DNA of 64,000 nt from Camelus ferus (GCF_009834535.1 NC_045696.1:116128001-116192000); one strand, 5' to 3'; positions 1 through 14,100 are shown, counted from the first letter of the stretch. Notes: generated from the sequence alone by a model not told the origin. Numbers and translations are program-made.

Positions 1-1102
1 ACTTTTTTTAGTTTTACTGTGAACTTACTTCTCCATGCATCAATGACATTGTGTGTTGGTATACTCAATTCAGTCTCTGTTTCTGTTCTTTTTTTGCCCT
101 ATTCCTCTACTGAAAAAGTGAATTGAATACCTCATTATGTCACCAAAGGCAGATACCAGTTCCCAATGCTCACTTATGAACTATAACATGTGAGATGGGC
201 GTCCTGATATTAAGGAAATCAGGCAGAGAAGAGTCAAGGGAAAGTGTATCCCAAAGTCCTCTGGGTGGGTAGCCTTCTGGTTATGTAAATCTAACAGGGT
301 CCCACATCCTTTTGTGCAACACTGAGGTCTGCAAAGAAAATGGAGCTACTTTTTTGGTTTTACAGTTGATTTAATCTTCCTAAGGTTACTGACAGACAGC
401 AATGATGGAGGTATCAGGATGGGGTTTGGGGGGGAGGGTTCTTTTTCCCAACAGAAACAATTCATAGAAACACTTCGTGTAAATTTGTGATTGCATTTTC
501 CTTCTTCAGTAGAACTTTTCCTAGTAATTGTTTTTCTATTAAGATATTAATGACTCTACCTCTACAAATCCATCCTCTTTTTTCTTAGCATCTTAAAGCT
601 TTCATTTATTCCATTTTATGAAAATTGCCTCTTGCAGGTGGATACAGACCATACCATTATTATACGGACCATGATCACAATGCTTTCTCTTCACTATACT
701 GTTGAAAGGTCACTGCTGAAACAAACAAAAAAATAAGCTATTCATTTTTGTCTAGATTCAAAATAGGCAAATATACGTGAACATCTTAAAATTAACAACT
801 TCATTTGCTGCAATAATCATTTCATCTTTTTAAATGATTAAAGCGTTAGAAATAGATGCTTTTCTTCAGACTGCCCTCAGTGTATGGATTGTTAATATTA
901 GCCCTCTTCCAACTGTCAGTGCTCCCACGCTGACCTAAGCTACATACACCCTCACCTGTAGGCTTAGTTTCTCCCCTGGAATTATCCTTTCCAAGTTCTA
1001 ACCCCTCACAATCCTATCACATAATCTGACTAGCTCATCCATACCATAGTAATATACGGTTCTTTTTAAAAAAAAAAAAAAATTGAGTAGTAACAGACTT
1101 AT

Positions 1103-2450
1103 TTGGGCTTCTACTCTGGCCACGATGGATTATCAGGGGCTCATTGTACCTTCCTGCCTGAAATAACCACAAAAAAAAAAAAAAATAGTAGTCATTGGGC
1201 AACAAAATATAATAATCTCTTAAAGATGGGAAATAGGTGAAGTATGTCCTGTAACAACCTCAACTTACTGCCTGGAGTAATTTTCTAGGTCACAGTACAG
1301 GGAGGGAGACTCAAGGCAGAGCACAGTGGCGTCCCTGAGTTGAAAAAATGAAGATCTGGGTCCAGGGAGACTGCGATGGCTAGATTTACAAGACAGAATA
1401 TCAGAGAGAAGGAACTACACAGAGAGAGAACTATGGGGATCTCAGAGAGTTCCTTCTCTAGTCTCTAACTGAGTACTAATCAGCATATGCCTTTGAGGAA
1501 AGCATCCAAGGTTGAGGAAAGAATCACCCAAAGGGTTTAGAAGTAAAAGTGCCTGGTACTCACACAGCACCAGAAACAGAGCCTGACCCCTCCAGCCAGC
1601 TCCTTCAGCCAGACTGGAAAACCTCATAACTGACTGGGCATTTAGCAAAGTATTCAGAAAGGTTTGTTTTACCTCATGAGTGGGGAAAATTAACCCCATG
1701 CTAAATACTCTTCTGGTCCCACCAAACAAACCTTAAAAGCAAGACCTAATAAGATCAGCTGTTTAAAAGTAACTATACTAAGTTCCAGAACAAAACTCAA
1801 GAATATTTATAGGAATAGAAAAATACGCAACACCCAACAAAGTAAAATTTACAATGTCTAGTATACAATCAAAACTTACCACACATGGGAAAATAAGGAA
1901 AATACGATACATAGTGAGAAAAATCAGTCAATCCAAAATGACTCAGAAATGTCCCAGATGATAGAATTAGTAGGCAACGACAGTAGAACAGTTACTATAA
2001 CAATATTCCGCATGTTCAAGATGCTAGGATATGTGGTGGAAGAGACACTGAAGATATAAAAAGGATTCAAATCAAAATCTATAGATGAAGACTATACTGT
2101 GAGAGATGAAAGGAAAACAGGATGGAATTAAGGGCAGATTACACGTTTCAGAAGAAAAAAACTAGTAACCTGGAAGATGTAACAATAAAATGAGACAGGA
2201 AAAGAATGAATAAAAAAAGAGAGAGAGATAACAGAGCATCAGTGAGCTTTGGGAAGCCTTCCAAGGGCATAATATACATGTAATTGGAGTCCCTGAAGGA
2301 GTGAAAGGGGCTAAGAACAGTTGGCCAAAAATTCTCCAAATTTGATAAAAATGATAAACCCAAAAATTCAAGCTCAAAAAACCTCCAAGCACAAGCAACA
2401 TGAAGAAACCTACACCAAGGCACTTTGTAATCAAATTACTGAAAAAAATT
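1103..2450 (+). mobile_element. Ancient L1M/HAL1-type fragment (5' region and ORF1 remnant)
   Basis: A-rich; decayed ORF1p motifs SELW...NIHVIGVPEG (~2240-2300) and KKPTPRHFVIKLLK (2403-2444). Confidence 0.8.
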
Positions 2451-3201
2451 GTCTTAGAAACTTGCCTCTCCCCTAAGGAAATTGCTTTCCTACAGCCCCT
2501 TTCACAGCACCTGCAGGTGGAAAGTCTTATTCATCATCATCACTCTGAACCACTCTTGTTCACGCTTCCCTTAGAAGTCTCAGCTTTGAATTTTGTGTTA
2601 TCACAGTCAATTACCTGCTACCCCACATTACTGTAGTCATCTTCTGCCCAGGAATTACTGCCTGTCATTTCTTCATATTTTTTGCCCTTGGTTCATCATC
2701 CCTCTCCCTGAGACTGCTACTGCATCATTTCTTTGCAAAGTCATTATATAAATAAATGATCTTTCTAACACTTTGACCACTCAGTTCTTTGACCACCTCT
2801 TTATCATAAATTATGTCCCTCTCTGCACCTGTTGTCCTTACAACAGCTCACCCCATCCATATGTCTATTTCACGCCTCCCATTCTTTGACTTGCTTCATA
2901 TTTCACTGAGAAAAACATTGAAGCAATCAGGATCGAACTTCCCGAGATTTTCCTCCAACCACAACTAACTGCCTGCTAGTGTCAGTATAATCTCCTCTTC
3001 CTTTCTAAGTGTTACTATAAGGGAGCCATTCATACAGTCCCTTCCTTGTGTAGCCAAGTCTGTCCCCCTTTATGCTTCAAGGATTCATGCTGGTGGTTCT
3101 CCCTACTCTTTCCTGTGTCATCAGTGACTCCGTCTAGCTGCGTCATTCCTGTCAGCTTGTAAACAGCGCATCACTTCATCTACTTGAAGAAACCGCGACA
3201 A

Positions 3202-3282
3202 CCACACGCACGCACACACACATGCACACACACACGCACACACACATGCACACACACGCACGCGCACACACACACGCACACA
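3202..3282. repeat. Compound (CA)n/(CACG) microsatellite
   Basis: Directly visible CA run interrupted by CG/TG. Confidence 0.95.
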
Positions 3283-3309
3283 AACTCTTCTCTTACAAAA
3301 AGAAATCAC

Positions 3310-3800
3310 TTTCCCCTATTGGAAATAGCTTCTTATCCTGATAATTGCTAACTAAAGGGAAAGAATTAAGCTTTTAGGAGAGAGTACAATTGATCCCCAG
3401 TTGATGAGTAAAAGCTCTCCTTTAACCACAAAACAAAACAAAAAGCCAGCTAAAAATGTAGGGGGAAAAAATGTTAAAATTTGAAAATCATCATTTAAAT
3501 TCTTCCAATTAAGTAACTGATTTAAGCACTAAATGAAGTATAGAGAGAAAACAGAATATCCACACAGAGCCAAAATAGCACTATATTGATTATTTTCTAA
3601 TTGCAAAAAGGAAACTGAAACTTTTTAATAGAAATATCTGTTGGGCACAATCCTAACCAAACAGAAATACAGAAACTTGGAATCACTAAGACAACGTGGT
3701 ATTCATGCCTCCTAATGAAATGCAATTTGGAATACACACTATTCATGAAGTATTACTGACGAAAGCATTTAATGTAAATCTAATCAAGCCTTTAAATTCT
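3310..3800 (+). mobile_element. Old L1MC/L1ME-like 3' fragment
   Basis: Resembles L1MC-type 3'UTR blocks (gaaaatcatcattt, cacaatcctaaccaa, gcatttaatgtaaatctaatc). Confidence 0.5.
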
Positions 3801-3849
3801 TTTTCTTGATTAAAATTAAGCCTATATATTCTAATTTTTTTTTAAATAT

Positions 3850-4850
3850 AATTTTCTGGGCCCTACCTTCCAGCTTGTTCTCTATTCTTTGTAGCAAAAT
3901 TTCTTAAAAGCATCATGTAATTGCTGGCTTCAATTCCTCTCCTCTAATCCTCCTTTGATCTACTTCTAGTCAGAATTTCACCCTCAATGAGCCACCAAAA
4001 CTATTCTTATCAGAGTCACCAGTGTTCTCCAAGTTGCTAAGGCCACAGCACCTTGACAGGCCAGTAGCACTGAGGTCTGATCACATCTGCAAGAAGTCGT
4101 GCAGACTTCTTGTCTCTCTGGGACCTGTTGGCTAGAATACTTCAAGGCTCAATCTTTGGAACTTTTCCCCTTGTATGCCCCCTTTCCTTTGGTGATAGCA
4201 TTCTGTCTCCTGGCTTTTATTACCACCTCTACATGATGTCTCTCACATGGACATCTCTCTCCAAAACTCAAGAATCACATCTCCAACTTAATCATGAACT
4301 CCAGTCATACTGCCTGCTTCGTGTTATCCCCAGTGTTCACCCCAGGCGTGACATGGTCCACAACTGAACTCAGTCTTCCTTCCCAAAACCTGCTTCATCC
4401 ATATATTTTCCGTTCTTAACTGATGGTAATTCCATCCTTTTAGGTGTTCAGGCCCCAAATCTTGGCTTCATCTTTTACTCCTCTTTCTTTCTCTCACCCT
4501 CTATCTGCTCAGTCTTGTTGGCTCCGCTTTCAGAACATGTCTAAAATCCAACCACTTCTCACTTTTGTCCAAGCAACCATAGCCAATTGATCACTGCCAT
4601 GATGAGTCATTACTCATTACCAAAACAATGAGTCATTCTCTTGCCCAGCCCCTCTCATCATGGGTTTTAAAAGGATCACTTGACAGCTGACTCTGATGGG
4701 ACAGCATCCTTATTCATCCTACAAAGTTCTCTGAGCTCTGATGCCCAGCTCGTTAACTCTTCAGCCTAAATTCCTGATGTTCCTAATATTTCCCTCTTAC
4801 TCACTCTGCTGAGGCACACAGGCCTTCTTGCTGTTCCTAGTATATTCCAA
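3850..4850 (+). mobile_element. L2 LINE fragment
   Basis: Pyrimidine-rich L2-like blocks (ctccaagttgctaa, tccatccttttaggtgttcaggccccaaatcttgg, atccaaccacttctcac). Confidence 0.7.
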
Positions 4851-6128
4851 AGAATGAGCTAAAACATGCCACAATGATTAACAAGTCTTTACCTCCACGG
4901 CTTCCTTGGGTCCCGTCCACAGATACCAGCTTTGCTTTACCAGTGTCCCAATAGAACACTTCTTCCTGGATGTGCACCATGGATTGGGAAAGAAAATTCT
5001 AATGTGAAAGAACCTTCCATCACTCACCCATTCCACAAGCATTCACCGGTCCCTTTGGGTCAGATCCTTGGTGTGCGCAGACAGATGAGACAAGGTCCCT
5101 CCCTTCAAGTCAAGGGAGGGAAAACAAACACAGAAGATAATTACAATGCAAAGAGGTGAATATGGATAGATTTCAAAGTGTGAAAAGAGCACCGAGGAGG
5201 AGTACTTTAATTTCGCTGAGAAAGATCGGCTATGACTTCCCAAAGAGAAATCACGTCTGAGGAGTTATATCTTTTCACCACTGCAAGGGAATGACATCAG
5301 GCATACAGCAGAAAATCCCCGACATCAATTCACCCATCTGTAAACTTGGGATGATAATACTTGCCTCCCAAGTTTGTTCTGAGTGTCAGTGGAGGTGATA
5401 CATACTCATCTCAGTGTCAGGAGAGTGTCACCTACAGTTACTGTTCCTTCTCGGGCTTCTTGCCCACGGCCACCTACACAGCAGCATGGACTTCAGAAAG
5501 TGTACATCTGCTCACACAGCCCCGAGCATTTAGTGAAATAAACTTAATAGCTCAGTACCTAAGATTCAGTATCTTGAGAAACTTCAGAGCTTTCTTATCT
5601 TGGTTCTAGCTTTGTGCATCCTTTTGAAGAAATGCACCGTGGATCGTGGAGGGCAATGCTATCCTGTTTATCTACACGCACCCAGTCGATATGCATAGAT
5701 TTGTGTTCTAATTGTCATGAAACAATGGCTCAGTTCAAAAGCAGCCCTCTGAATTTGGGTCTGTTTTATGCTACAGATGAACATGTAAGAGAGCTGTAAT
5801 TAAAGAAGCTACCTCAGGAAGAACGCTAATGCAACAGCTTGATTCACTGCAGTGGGCCTTGGAAAAAAAACATGATTCACATAAAATTCTCTAAGCAATT
5901 AAGTTTCCCCCCTAAATTTTTCTGGAACCCACTGTCTACAGACTGATGAACTGGGTAATACTGGGAGAGGCAAAGGAATTCATTGATTCGACTTCTGCAC
6001 CTGACTTTATCATCAAGCGTGGGGCTCACCTCTGGTTGCCCGCTATACAGCACCAGATATCTTCTGCTGCTTTTAAAAATGAGTAAGGACAAGTCTCTGA
6101 GAGGACTGAAAAAACACTGTAAATTGGA

Positions 6129-6677
6129 TGTTGTGGTGGTTTTTAAAAAGATCACAAACTCTTTGACACTGCTCCCATCAAGAGGTGAGCTCTATGTCAC
6201 TGCCCCTTGAATCTGGGCTGGCCTGTGACTGCTGTGATCAACAGTAAGAACTAGTGACCTTCTGTGATTTCTGATTTAGGTCATAGAAGGGCAAGTGGTC
6301 CCACCTGCATCTCTGCGAACTCTCACCCTCCTGGCCCTCCCTCTTGGGGCGCTCCCATTCAGACCCAGCCAGGAGAAGCCCAGCCCACATGGAGAGGACA
6401 CGTGTGTGTACACCTGTTAACAGCTCCAGCTGAGCCCAGCCTTTGCATCATCCCGGTCCACATATCAGGCATATGAGTGAAGAAGTTTTCAAATCATTGC
6501 AGTCCCCATTCACCTGAGCCACTGCTCAGCCACCTGAGCCCTCCCACCTGAGGCCCCAGACTTCGTGCAGCAGAAACAAACCATCCCCATGCTACCCTTC
6601 TGAATTCCTGACTCACAATTGTTATTTTACACTACTGCGTTTTGGGGTGCTTTGCTTTGCAGCAATAATAACTAGAA
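6129..6677 (+). mobile_element. MaLR solo LTR (MLT1-like)
   Basis: MLT1-like start (ctttgacactgctcccatcaagagg...ccccttgaatctgggctggcctgtgactgc) and end (tgcagcaataataactagaa). Confidence 0.8.
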
Positions 6678-8082
6678 TTGGTGGTTCTTAAATAGTAACA
6701 ATTAAAAATCTCTGATGTAGATAACCCCAGGAGATGAATTTTTTTTTTTTTCATAATGGAAGCTATACAGAGCTCATGTGAACAGATAGGAAAGTTTCTG
6801 GAAATAAAAAGTTGGACTCAATACCCAGAAAAGTTTCAATGAGATTCTGGGACAACTCACTTTCTCCCCACATACCTTAGGATGCACACATAGTGTTTTA
6901 AGTACATTTGCTAACTTACCAATCAAGTCAGAAAGACAAAAAAAAACACATGAGTTTTTTATTTTCCTGTCTCGCTCAGTCTCTAGACACAAGAGTGGTG
7001 AACTGGAAAGCAAAACTGCAGGTTAACTGACTACCTCTGTTAACTATATCATCAACCCTAGTGTTACAAAATTATTTAACAGATATAATATCACTGGCTT
7101 TTCTTAACGTTGTAAAGAAGAGGCAAACTCTACATTTCAAAGTTTCCGATCTTAAATAAAACATGCTAAAGAACAAAGTCTACAAAAATGTAAAACTAAA
7201 TAAAACAACAGCCAAAATCTTAGTCTTTTTTAATGTACAAAATATCTTTTAATTGTTAAGACTCTTCCATGACCTCAGTTTCATGCAACCTTTTTTTCTA
7301 AAAGATTTTTCATTACTAATTAACCCTCAAAAAGGCAGAAGGTATCTCCCTTTGCACCAAAGGCTGTAATTTTCCATAGCTTTGACTTTTGTTTAATACC
7401 CCGTAAAGAACATTGTACCTTTTCGCTGAATTTTAAAGTGCTACCTTTCTGTGAGGTAAAGAACTAAGTGCTAAGTGAAATGTGAAACCAAAGTCTTCCT
7501 TGGGAACGTGTTCCTCAGGGAAAAAATTAAAACGTGTCAAATCTATCACCACAGAGAAAGGAAGGACAGTCTTCTTGATGTCTACTCCAGGAATAACTTC
7601 CCTGGGGAGAATTTTGACAGGATCTGAGCATTTTAAATGTCCTGAACTAAATTAGTTAATTAAAAATATGGGTGAGCAAAATCCACTAAGGTTAAAAGGA
7701 GAAGAATAGTCAGCAATCATTTATCCCTGCACCCTGTTCAAGGATTTCAAGATACCTGATTAGCAGTGACAATTCTCATTTAGATTCATTATCTGATGGA
7801 GCAGAGTTGTTATTGATCCAACAGTTGACCTCACTGCAGGCTTAGGGTGTGACAATAATAATCTCTCCATACAGTGTGCCTGCAGTCATTGACGGCTTGA
7901 GAAATGATTAGATAAAACAGACGATTAAATAGCTAATTCCTAAAAACTCTTATTCCATTTCTGTGGGTGTTTCAGACTTTCCCCATGTTTCCTATCTAAT
8001 CTTATCCTTCCTTCTTCAATTCCTCCTTTCCTCTTTTAAAATGATTTATGATTTTTTTTTAAAGTTTTAGTAGACGCTAAAT

Positions 8083-9180
8083 TGTTAGGAAAGAAAAACT
8101 TTTCTCCTACCCTCTTGGAGTCAGTGACTGGGGGCATTCAAATTTCACCGACAAAAAACTCATTAACAAAAGAAAAAGAATACAAATGTATTAATATTTT
8201 GCATGCACAGGAGTTCACAGAAAGCAAGTGAAACTCAAGCATTTAGACTCAGGGGTTTACACACCATTTTAACAAAGGAAATAGGGTTGTCTTTGGGGGA
8301 ACAATAAGCTGTAGAAAATTCACTAGGAAATATATGGGGAAACTAATGGAAGAGAAGGGCTATCTTAGTAAGGTTTGCTTACGCAGACTCGTCTCAGTGC
8401 AGACTGCGGTAACAAGGGGGAGAGACACCTTCACAGAGAAAAATTTATACCAGAAATGGAGCAGGACCTTGTAGGGCCCTCCCAGGTACCAATCCTTTCC
8501 CTTTCCCCATTTCTTGTTTGTAGGAAATAGGCTTTATTCAGCCTCCTTGACCTTCCCTGAGTTTCAAAGGGCAGATTCAAATAGTTGTTAATCAGGGAAG
8601 GGAGGGAATGCAGAAAGAAAGAAGAAGCAGTCAAGAAACAATAGTGCAGCCATAAAGCAGGGTCCTGGTTCCTCCTCGAGGGATACACATAACAGTACCT
8701 TTGAGATCTTCTGCAGGAACTCAGGCCCCCACCAGGGTGGAGGATAGTAACTTCAGTCTGAGCTCCAGATTCCTGAAACACTGCCCTGTTACCTCACCAC
8801 CAACCAATCAGAAGGGAGTCTACACACTTTGCAAGATAATGAAGACTCTGATCCCCTCCCCAAGTGATTCTCCCTTCAAAACCTTTCATGATGGATCAGA
8901 ATCTTCAGAATTGGTTTTTGGACATGAGTCCACCTTCTCGCCAGGTTACCAGGCTCCTGATAAAGCAACCTTTCCTTTCCAACCAACACTTGTCTCTTGA
9001 GTATTGGCTCTCAAAAGGTGAGCAGCCGGAACTGAATTGAGTAACATGCCCTGTTTTTTAGGCAGATCGGGGGAGGGCAAAAACTCATTCTGTATCTGTT
9101 GATTCTCAAGGGACTTCAACTTAAAATAATCCTAATGCCAAAGTGGCAACTTTGGGGGTAACATAGTCTTGATTCCTTCA
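8083..9180 (-). mobile_element. MER34-like ERV1 solo LTR, interrupted by a nested LTR
   Basis: Minus strand starts tgaaggaatcaagactatgttacccccaaagttgccactttggcattaggattattttaag; same family start as 10240 and 11667. Confidence 0.7.
8449..9046 (+). mobile_element. ERV1-type solo LTR nested in the MER34-like LTR
   Basis: Start gagcaggacc resembles the U3 start of the provirus LTRs; ends gagtaaca; host sequence resumes after 9046. Confidence 0.7.
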
Positions 9181-9914
9181 AAATTCTTAATTTTATTTCA
9201 TCGTATCTTAATGATAGTAACTAAGGATGTCTTCTATATCCACTATATAAAATGGTAACTTAACACAAAAAGGGAAAACTTGACCAAATACTAGGTTTAA
9301 AAGACTGTAAGTTTCACAAAGAATGAAATGTAGACACAAAATCAATGCTTTCAGAACTTTTTCTACTAAAAATTCATAAAATGTCTGTAGCTTGGGCTAC
9401 ACCAACACAACGCTAAAACATCTGGAGGAGTTGTGGCAAATGCAAGCAGTTATCCAGATACTCTGCACAAAATTCAGCCATCCAGATGTTTGCTTTCCCC
9501 ATATCAAACACCTAGATGATGGATGGATTTCTTTCCATTTCTATTTGTGTCTATGAACATCCTTCATCTACTCTCATTCGAACAATGAACCACATCCCCT
9601 GGAGTGGGATTCTAATCTGCCTGTCTCCTCTACAAACTCTTTTTCTTCTTTCAATGTATCTGTATGTATTTTTAAAGCACAAATAGAAGAAAAAAATAGT
9701 AAAGTGTTTGTGTCTTTTATTTTAGAGTAAAGTAACTGTAGAACAATGGCTGGGTGATTTGAATTTTCTTTGCAGCATCTAGCACACCAGGTGCAGTCAA
9801 TAAACATTGAGCCATAAAATAAATCAGAATTCCAAACTGTTGTCTGCATTGAAGAATACATTATAGTCAGCTGCTCCTGCAGCAGGGTGAATTTCAGAAA
9901 AACCCTCAATTGAT

Positions 9915-10070
9915 TAGTTTTTCTCAAACATTAATGTGAATACAAATCTCCTGGGGATGCTGTTAAAATGCATATTCTGATTCAATAAGTCTGAGATGGG
10001 GCCCAAGATGCTGTATTTCTATCAAACTCCCAGGTTACACTGATGTTGCTTGTCCACAGCTTAGCAAGAA
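9915..10070. mobile_element. MER5A-like hAT-Charlie fragment
   Basis: ctcctggggatgctgttaaaatgcatattctgattc...tctgagatggggcccaagatgctgtatttcta. Confidence 0.7.
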
Positions 10071-10409
10071 GGTTGATCATTGGCAAGGTGAAAGTTTAGA
10101 ATAAATCTAAACCATCAAGATCAAAAAAAAAAAAAAAAACCCTCAAAATAGAACTTGTTCTCTAAAACTAAAAGGGCTATTTACCTGGGGGGGTGGGGGG
10201 GAGTGGTTTACAAAATACTAGAAATCAGAGTTAGTAGGAGGTAAAGGGGTTTAGAATGAGCCTCCTCAAAATGTATCACTTTGGGTTGTGGATTACTTTG
10301 AGCTAAAGGCAATCAAGACCTTGTGAACTCAGCAGAAACTACTGCCCTTCCCTTAACTACTTAGAAGAATTTAAATTGGACGTCTTTCCCCAAATGAGAA
10401 TTATTACCA

Positions 10410-10546
10410 TGAGGGAGGGTACAGCTCAAGTGATAGAGTGGATGCTTAGTATGCTTGAGGTCCTAGATTCAATCCCCAGTACCTCCTCCAAGAATAAATA
10501 AATAAATATTTACCTCCCCACACCAAAAAAAAAAAATAAATAGAGA
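10410..10546 (+). mobile_element. tRNA-Ala-derived SINE (Vic-1-like)
   Basis: tRNA-Ala-like head with A/B boxes, A-rich tail; perfect 14-bp TSD gagaattattacca at 10396-10409 and 10547-10560. Confidence 0.92.
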
Positions 10547-10598
10547 GAGAATTATTACCAGAGATAAATTTTATCTGAGTGACCCACCTGTATGGCAG

Positions 10599-11182
10599 TG
10601 AGCCAGAAGGGAAACAGGCAGAGAACAACAATTAAAAGAATGACACAGCTGTTGAGGATAGAACATAAACTGGTTAAAACCAACTAGGTCCAAGATGGTG
10701 GAAGATTTGCCTTCCAGCAGACCTTGAGCTTCATTATACGCTCATTGTACTATATTAGCTTGGTAACTAGCACTCCCACAGGAGCCATGACAGTTCCAAG
10801 GCTGACCATAAAAGGCCAAAAAGTGGGTGGTGGACCAATTCCTGGAAATCCCTCTCCCCTTCCCAAAGTAGCTGGAATAACCCTCCCACTTGTTAGCACA
10901 TGAAATTATTGAGCCCATAAAAATGAAACACCCTGGCAACCCAGGGCTGCTCTCACTTTCCAAGGCAACGTCATCTCCCAGGGCCTCTCTTGCCTTCTGA
11001 GATGGCCCACAATCTGTCTATGGAATGTGTATCTCCCTAAATAAATCTTTCACTCTACTGTGGGTCACTCTTGAACTCTTTCCTGCGAGAAGCCAAGGAC
11101 CCTCACTTGGCAGGGTGCATACCAGAGACTTGCTTGAGACCTGGGACACAACTGTCCCCTCCTTCCCCTTTTCCCTGTAACA
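10599..11182 (+). mobile_element. ERV1-type solo LTR (same family as 20362-20950)
   Basis: TG...CA termini; AATAAA at ~11040; collinear with the copy at 20362. Confidence 0.85.
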
Positions 11183-11666
11183 GTGGGGCAGACATTTAAT
11201 TACCCAATGTCTACTCTTCTTCTTGCCCTGTGAATTGCCCTCCTCCCTTTTCAAGCTCCCTTTGGCATTCCTTAGCTCAGGATGTCATATACAGCTCATT
11301 TTATCCTTCTGTCTTTGAACCTCTCCTGTAGGTGGGGTTCCTGCATGTATGAAATAAAACTTGTCTTTCCCCTGTTAGTCTGTCTCATGTTGATTTGATT
11401 ATTCGACCAGTCAAAAGAGCCTGTGAAGGGTAGAGGGAAATTCTTTCCCCTCAGCAGAAGAAAAAGCCAAAAAGAAAAAATTAGTTTTAAGCAAGATGTT
11501 CAAATACAAACCAACAGATACTTTAGTACAGATCTTGAAAACACCGCCCCCCCCCCCAAAAAAAAAATCAGTCGTTTCGGCCTATGTATAACAAGAAACA
11601 TAATATTATAAATTAGTTACATCTTCAAGTGTAGAAAAATAAACATCACAGATGCATTCATGATGT

Positions 11667-11950
11667 TGTAGGGGAGCAGAATTTGCCACCCAAAACACAT
11701 CTCCTTGACAAAGGATTATTTTCGGCTGATTCTTTTTTAAGAAGCTGCAAACACAGCAGAAGCTCTGAAAACCTAGTAGAAGTTACTCTTTTGTAAGAGA
11801 CATTTACGGGTAAAAGGGAGACTTCCGTTTGTAAGGGTGTCTCCCTCCTGTACCAGGAAGAGGGGAGATGACTCTAAATCTCGAGAAACTTTTACCAAAG
11901 GAGAAAGCAATGGCTTAAATCTGCATAAAGTCTCACCCTTGTTTACACAG
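11667..11950 (+). mobile_element. Truncated MER34-like LTR
   Basis: tgtaggggagcagaatttgccacccaaaa...aaggattattttcggctg. Confidence 0.65.
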
Positions 11951-12462
11951 TTATTTGTGTGCTATCTTAATTCCCACTGCCATTCACCCCACTTATAGGT
12001 CAGATTACAAACTACTCCAGGGCAGAATTAAGTTCTGTCCATCACTATTTCTCCATTGCCTCTTCCAGGACTTGGCACTTGGCAGTTGCTAAGTATTTGT
12101 TGAATTAAGATGATTTAATCCTCTTTCCCAAAGTAAGTTCCATTAACCTATTCCCATAAGAAGCAAAAGAAGGATTCCAAAACCCAAATCCTGGAAACTT
12201 TACCCCCCCCCCTTTTTGAAAATCATAAGGCATGCTAGCATATTAGAGGATCTGCAAAGTTTTGCCCTTAAGAAAGCTGTTTAAAAATTATTTAACCTAA
12301 TATTTTATATTCAAGGAACCCCTATTAATAGCATGATTGCAAATGTTATTCTCCAAATCTGGACATTTTTGAGAGTGCAGTGGGGCACTATTAATAATTT
12401 TACCAGGAAACAGGAACAAATGGGGACCATACGAGGTAAACCCGGACATACAGTCATCCTAC

Positions 12463-12940
12463 TGTTGACTAAAATAAATGTGCAGCCTAAAAGTTGAGAG
12501 TTATGTTTTATTTGGTGGAGGACTCCAGCCGGGATGACAGCCTCTCAGATAGCTCTGAGGGACTGCTCCAAAGAGGTAGGGGAGGAGCTAGGATATACAG
12601 GAGTTTTACAACAAAGACCAGGTAGTTGGAACAAAAAAAGATTGCTTGTTATCTAAAGAAAACCAGGCATCTCAAGTGAAAGAATTTAGTGCTTTTCTGT
12701 GTATGAGAGGAAGCAAACATTTGGGCTCATTGAATTCATTCCTCTGATAAGCACCTGGCTTTCTAGGGCCAGTATCCTGTCCTTTCTTATTCTGAGTGCC
12801 CTCAGAGGGCACCACTGTGAGTGGCTGCAGAGGCCGGGCTGCAGGCCTGTCCTCACTGGGAGGTGGCAGCAGCCACTGATGACTTGATGGTTTCAACACT
12901 CTTTGTTTACTGATACGGTTTGCAGTATTTTTTGTTCACA
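12463..12940 (-). mobile_element. ERV1-type solo LTR (same family as 46750-47260)
   Basis: TG...CA termini, 478 bp, perfect 4-bp TSD CTAC (12459-12462 / 12941-12944). Confidence 0.9.
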
Positions 12941-13869
12941 CTACCCATGAACTTCATTAGGAAGTGGATAGCGATGTGGAAATTCCCACAACTACTGTTA
13001 TACGGACAATGGATCAAAGTTTAGGGAACAACGATTGGCCTTAACCCCTCAGTTTACTCATGAGAAACATGAGGTCACAGAGAAGTTAAACTGCTTCCCA
13101 TTGGCAAGTCCCTTGGAACCCAGTGAAGAGGCAGAACTGTGAACAAAATCCAGATCATTGGCATGCATTTTCCAGGTCAGTTTCTGATTTAGTCAATCCT
13201 GAAATTAAGACAATTAATCATTTGGCTGTATTTTCACAGAGAGGAAAAGAAACAATAGACTTACATGCTTCTCTCAGGGTATCATTTTGTCATGCAGGGA
13301 GTACTGATTTCGTGTACAGGCACATGTAAATCAGATGTCAGCTGGGGACCGAGTGTCTCTTTGGAGATCTGGGAGTAACCGTCTTGAGCTCTCAATGATT
13401 CCGTTCTCTCGTAGAAGACCAAAAGTCTGCTCCAAAGTTTCTGAAAATTCTCATGGGGCTTTGTCTATACTGTGAAGCTAGTCAGGATACCAGAGATAAC
13501 ATATATGAAGCTCTGAGCACAGCTCAATAAAAATAAGTAGTTCAAAAAATATGTATTCGGCACATCCCACGTACCAGACACTGCTCTGAGCACCTAATTT
13601 CTACTTCCTCATTCAATCTTCACTCCACCCTTACATCATAGACACGATTCTCCATCTTAAACACAAGGGAACAAATGCTGAGAAACTAAGCAGCCTGTAA
13701 GGCAGGTGTGACAGGTCTGAGCCCAAGCCATATGGCCCCAGAGTCTGCAGACCCGGCCGTGGCACTGAATGCTCTCTTAATGATGTTAGCGAAAATTACC
13801 CTAATTATCACTTTGCAAGTCTCCAGAATATGATGTGGGAGCATGTGGGTTACTAAATAATGATACTAA

Positions 13870-14100
13870 TAATAGCTGACTTTTACTGAGTGCCTGTTCT
13901 TTACAAGGCAATACGCCCAATGTTTTGTGCGGGTATCTCATTTAATTTTCTCAACAGCTCTAGGAAGTCAGTACCATCATTTCTCTCATTTTGAAGATGA
14001 AGAAACTGAGGCGTAAAGACATTAAGGGCCTGCCCAGTATTGCAGAGATAAAGTAATGGGGTCAGATTCAAAAACTGGAAGACTGGATGCTCATGTCCTA
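13870..14100 (-). mobile_element. MIR SINE
   Basis: MIR core cattttgaagatgaagaaactgaggc and flanking MIR-like sequence. Confidence 0.75.

Larger units (their letters stand above)
10240..11456 (+). mobile_element. MER34-like ERV1 solo LTR hosting a SINE and a second LTR
   Basis: Start gtaaaggggtttagaatgagcctcctcaaaatgtatcactttgg...ggattactttgagctaaaggc; AATAAA near 11353; end ttctttcccctcagca. Confidence 0.7.

Noticed and set aside
621..715. Possible exon with acceptor ttgcctcttgcag|gtgg (and an opposite-strand acceptor near 716)
   Set aside because: Weak donor and no recognisable peptide in any frame; cannot be supported without transcript data
10411..10490. tRNA-Ala gene (also at 41299 and 62828)
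   Set aside because: Broken stems, A-rich tails and TSDs show these are SINE copies, not functional tRNA genes
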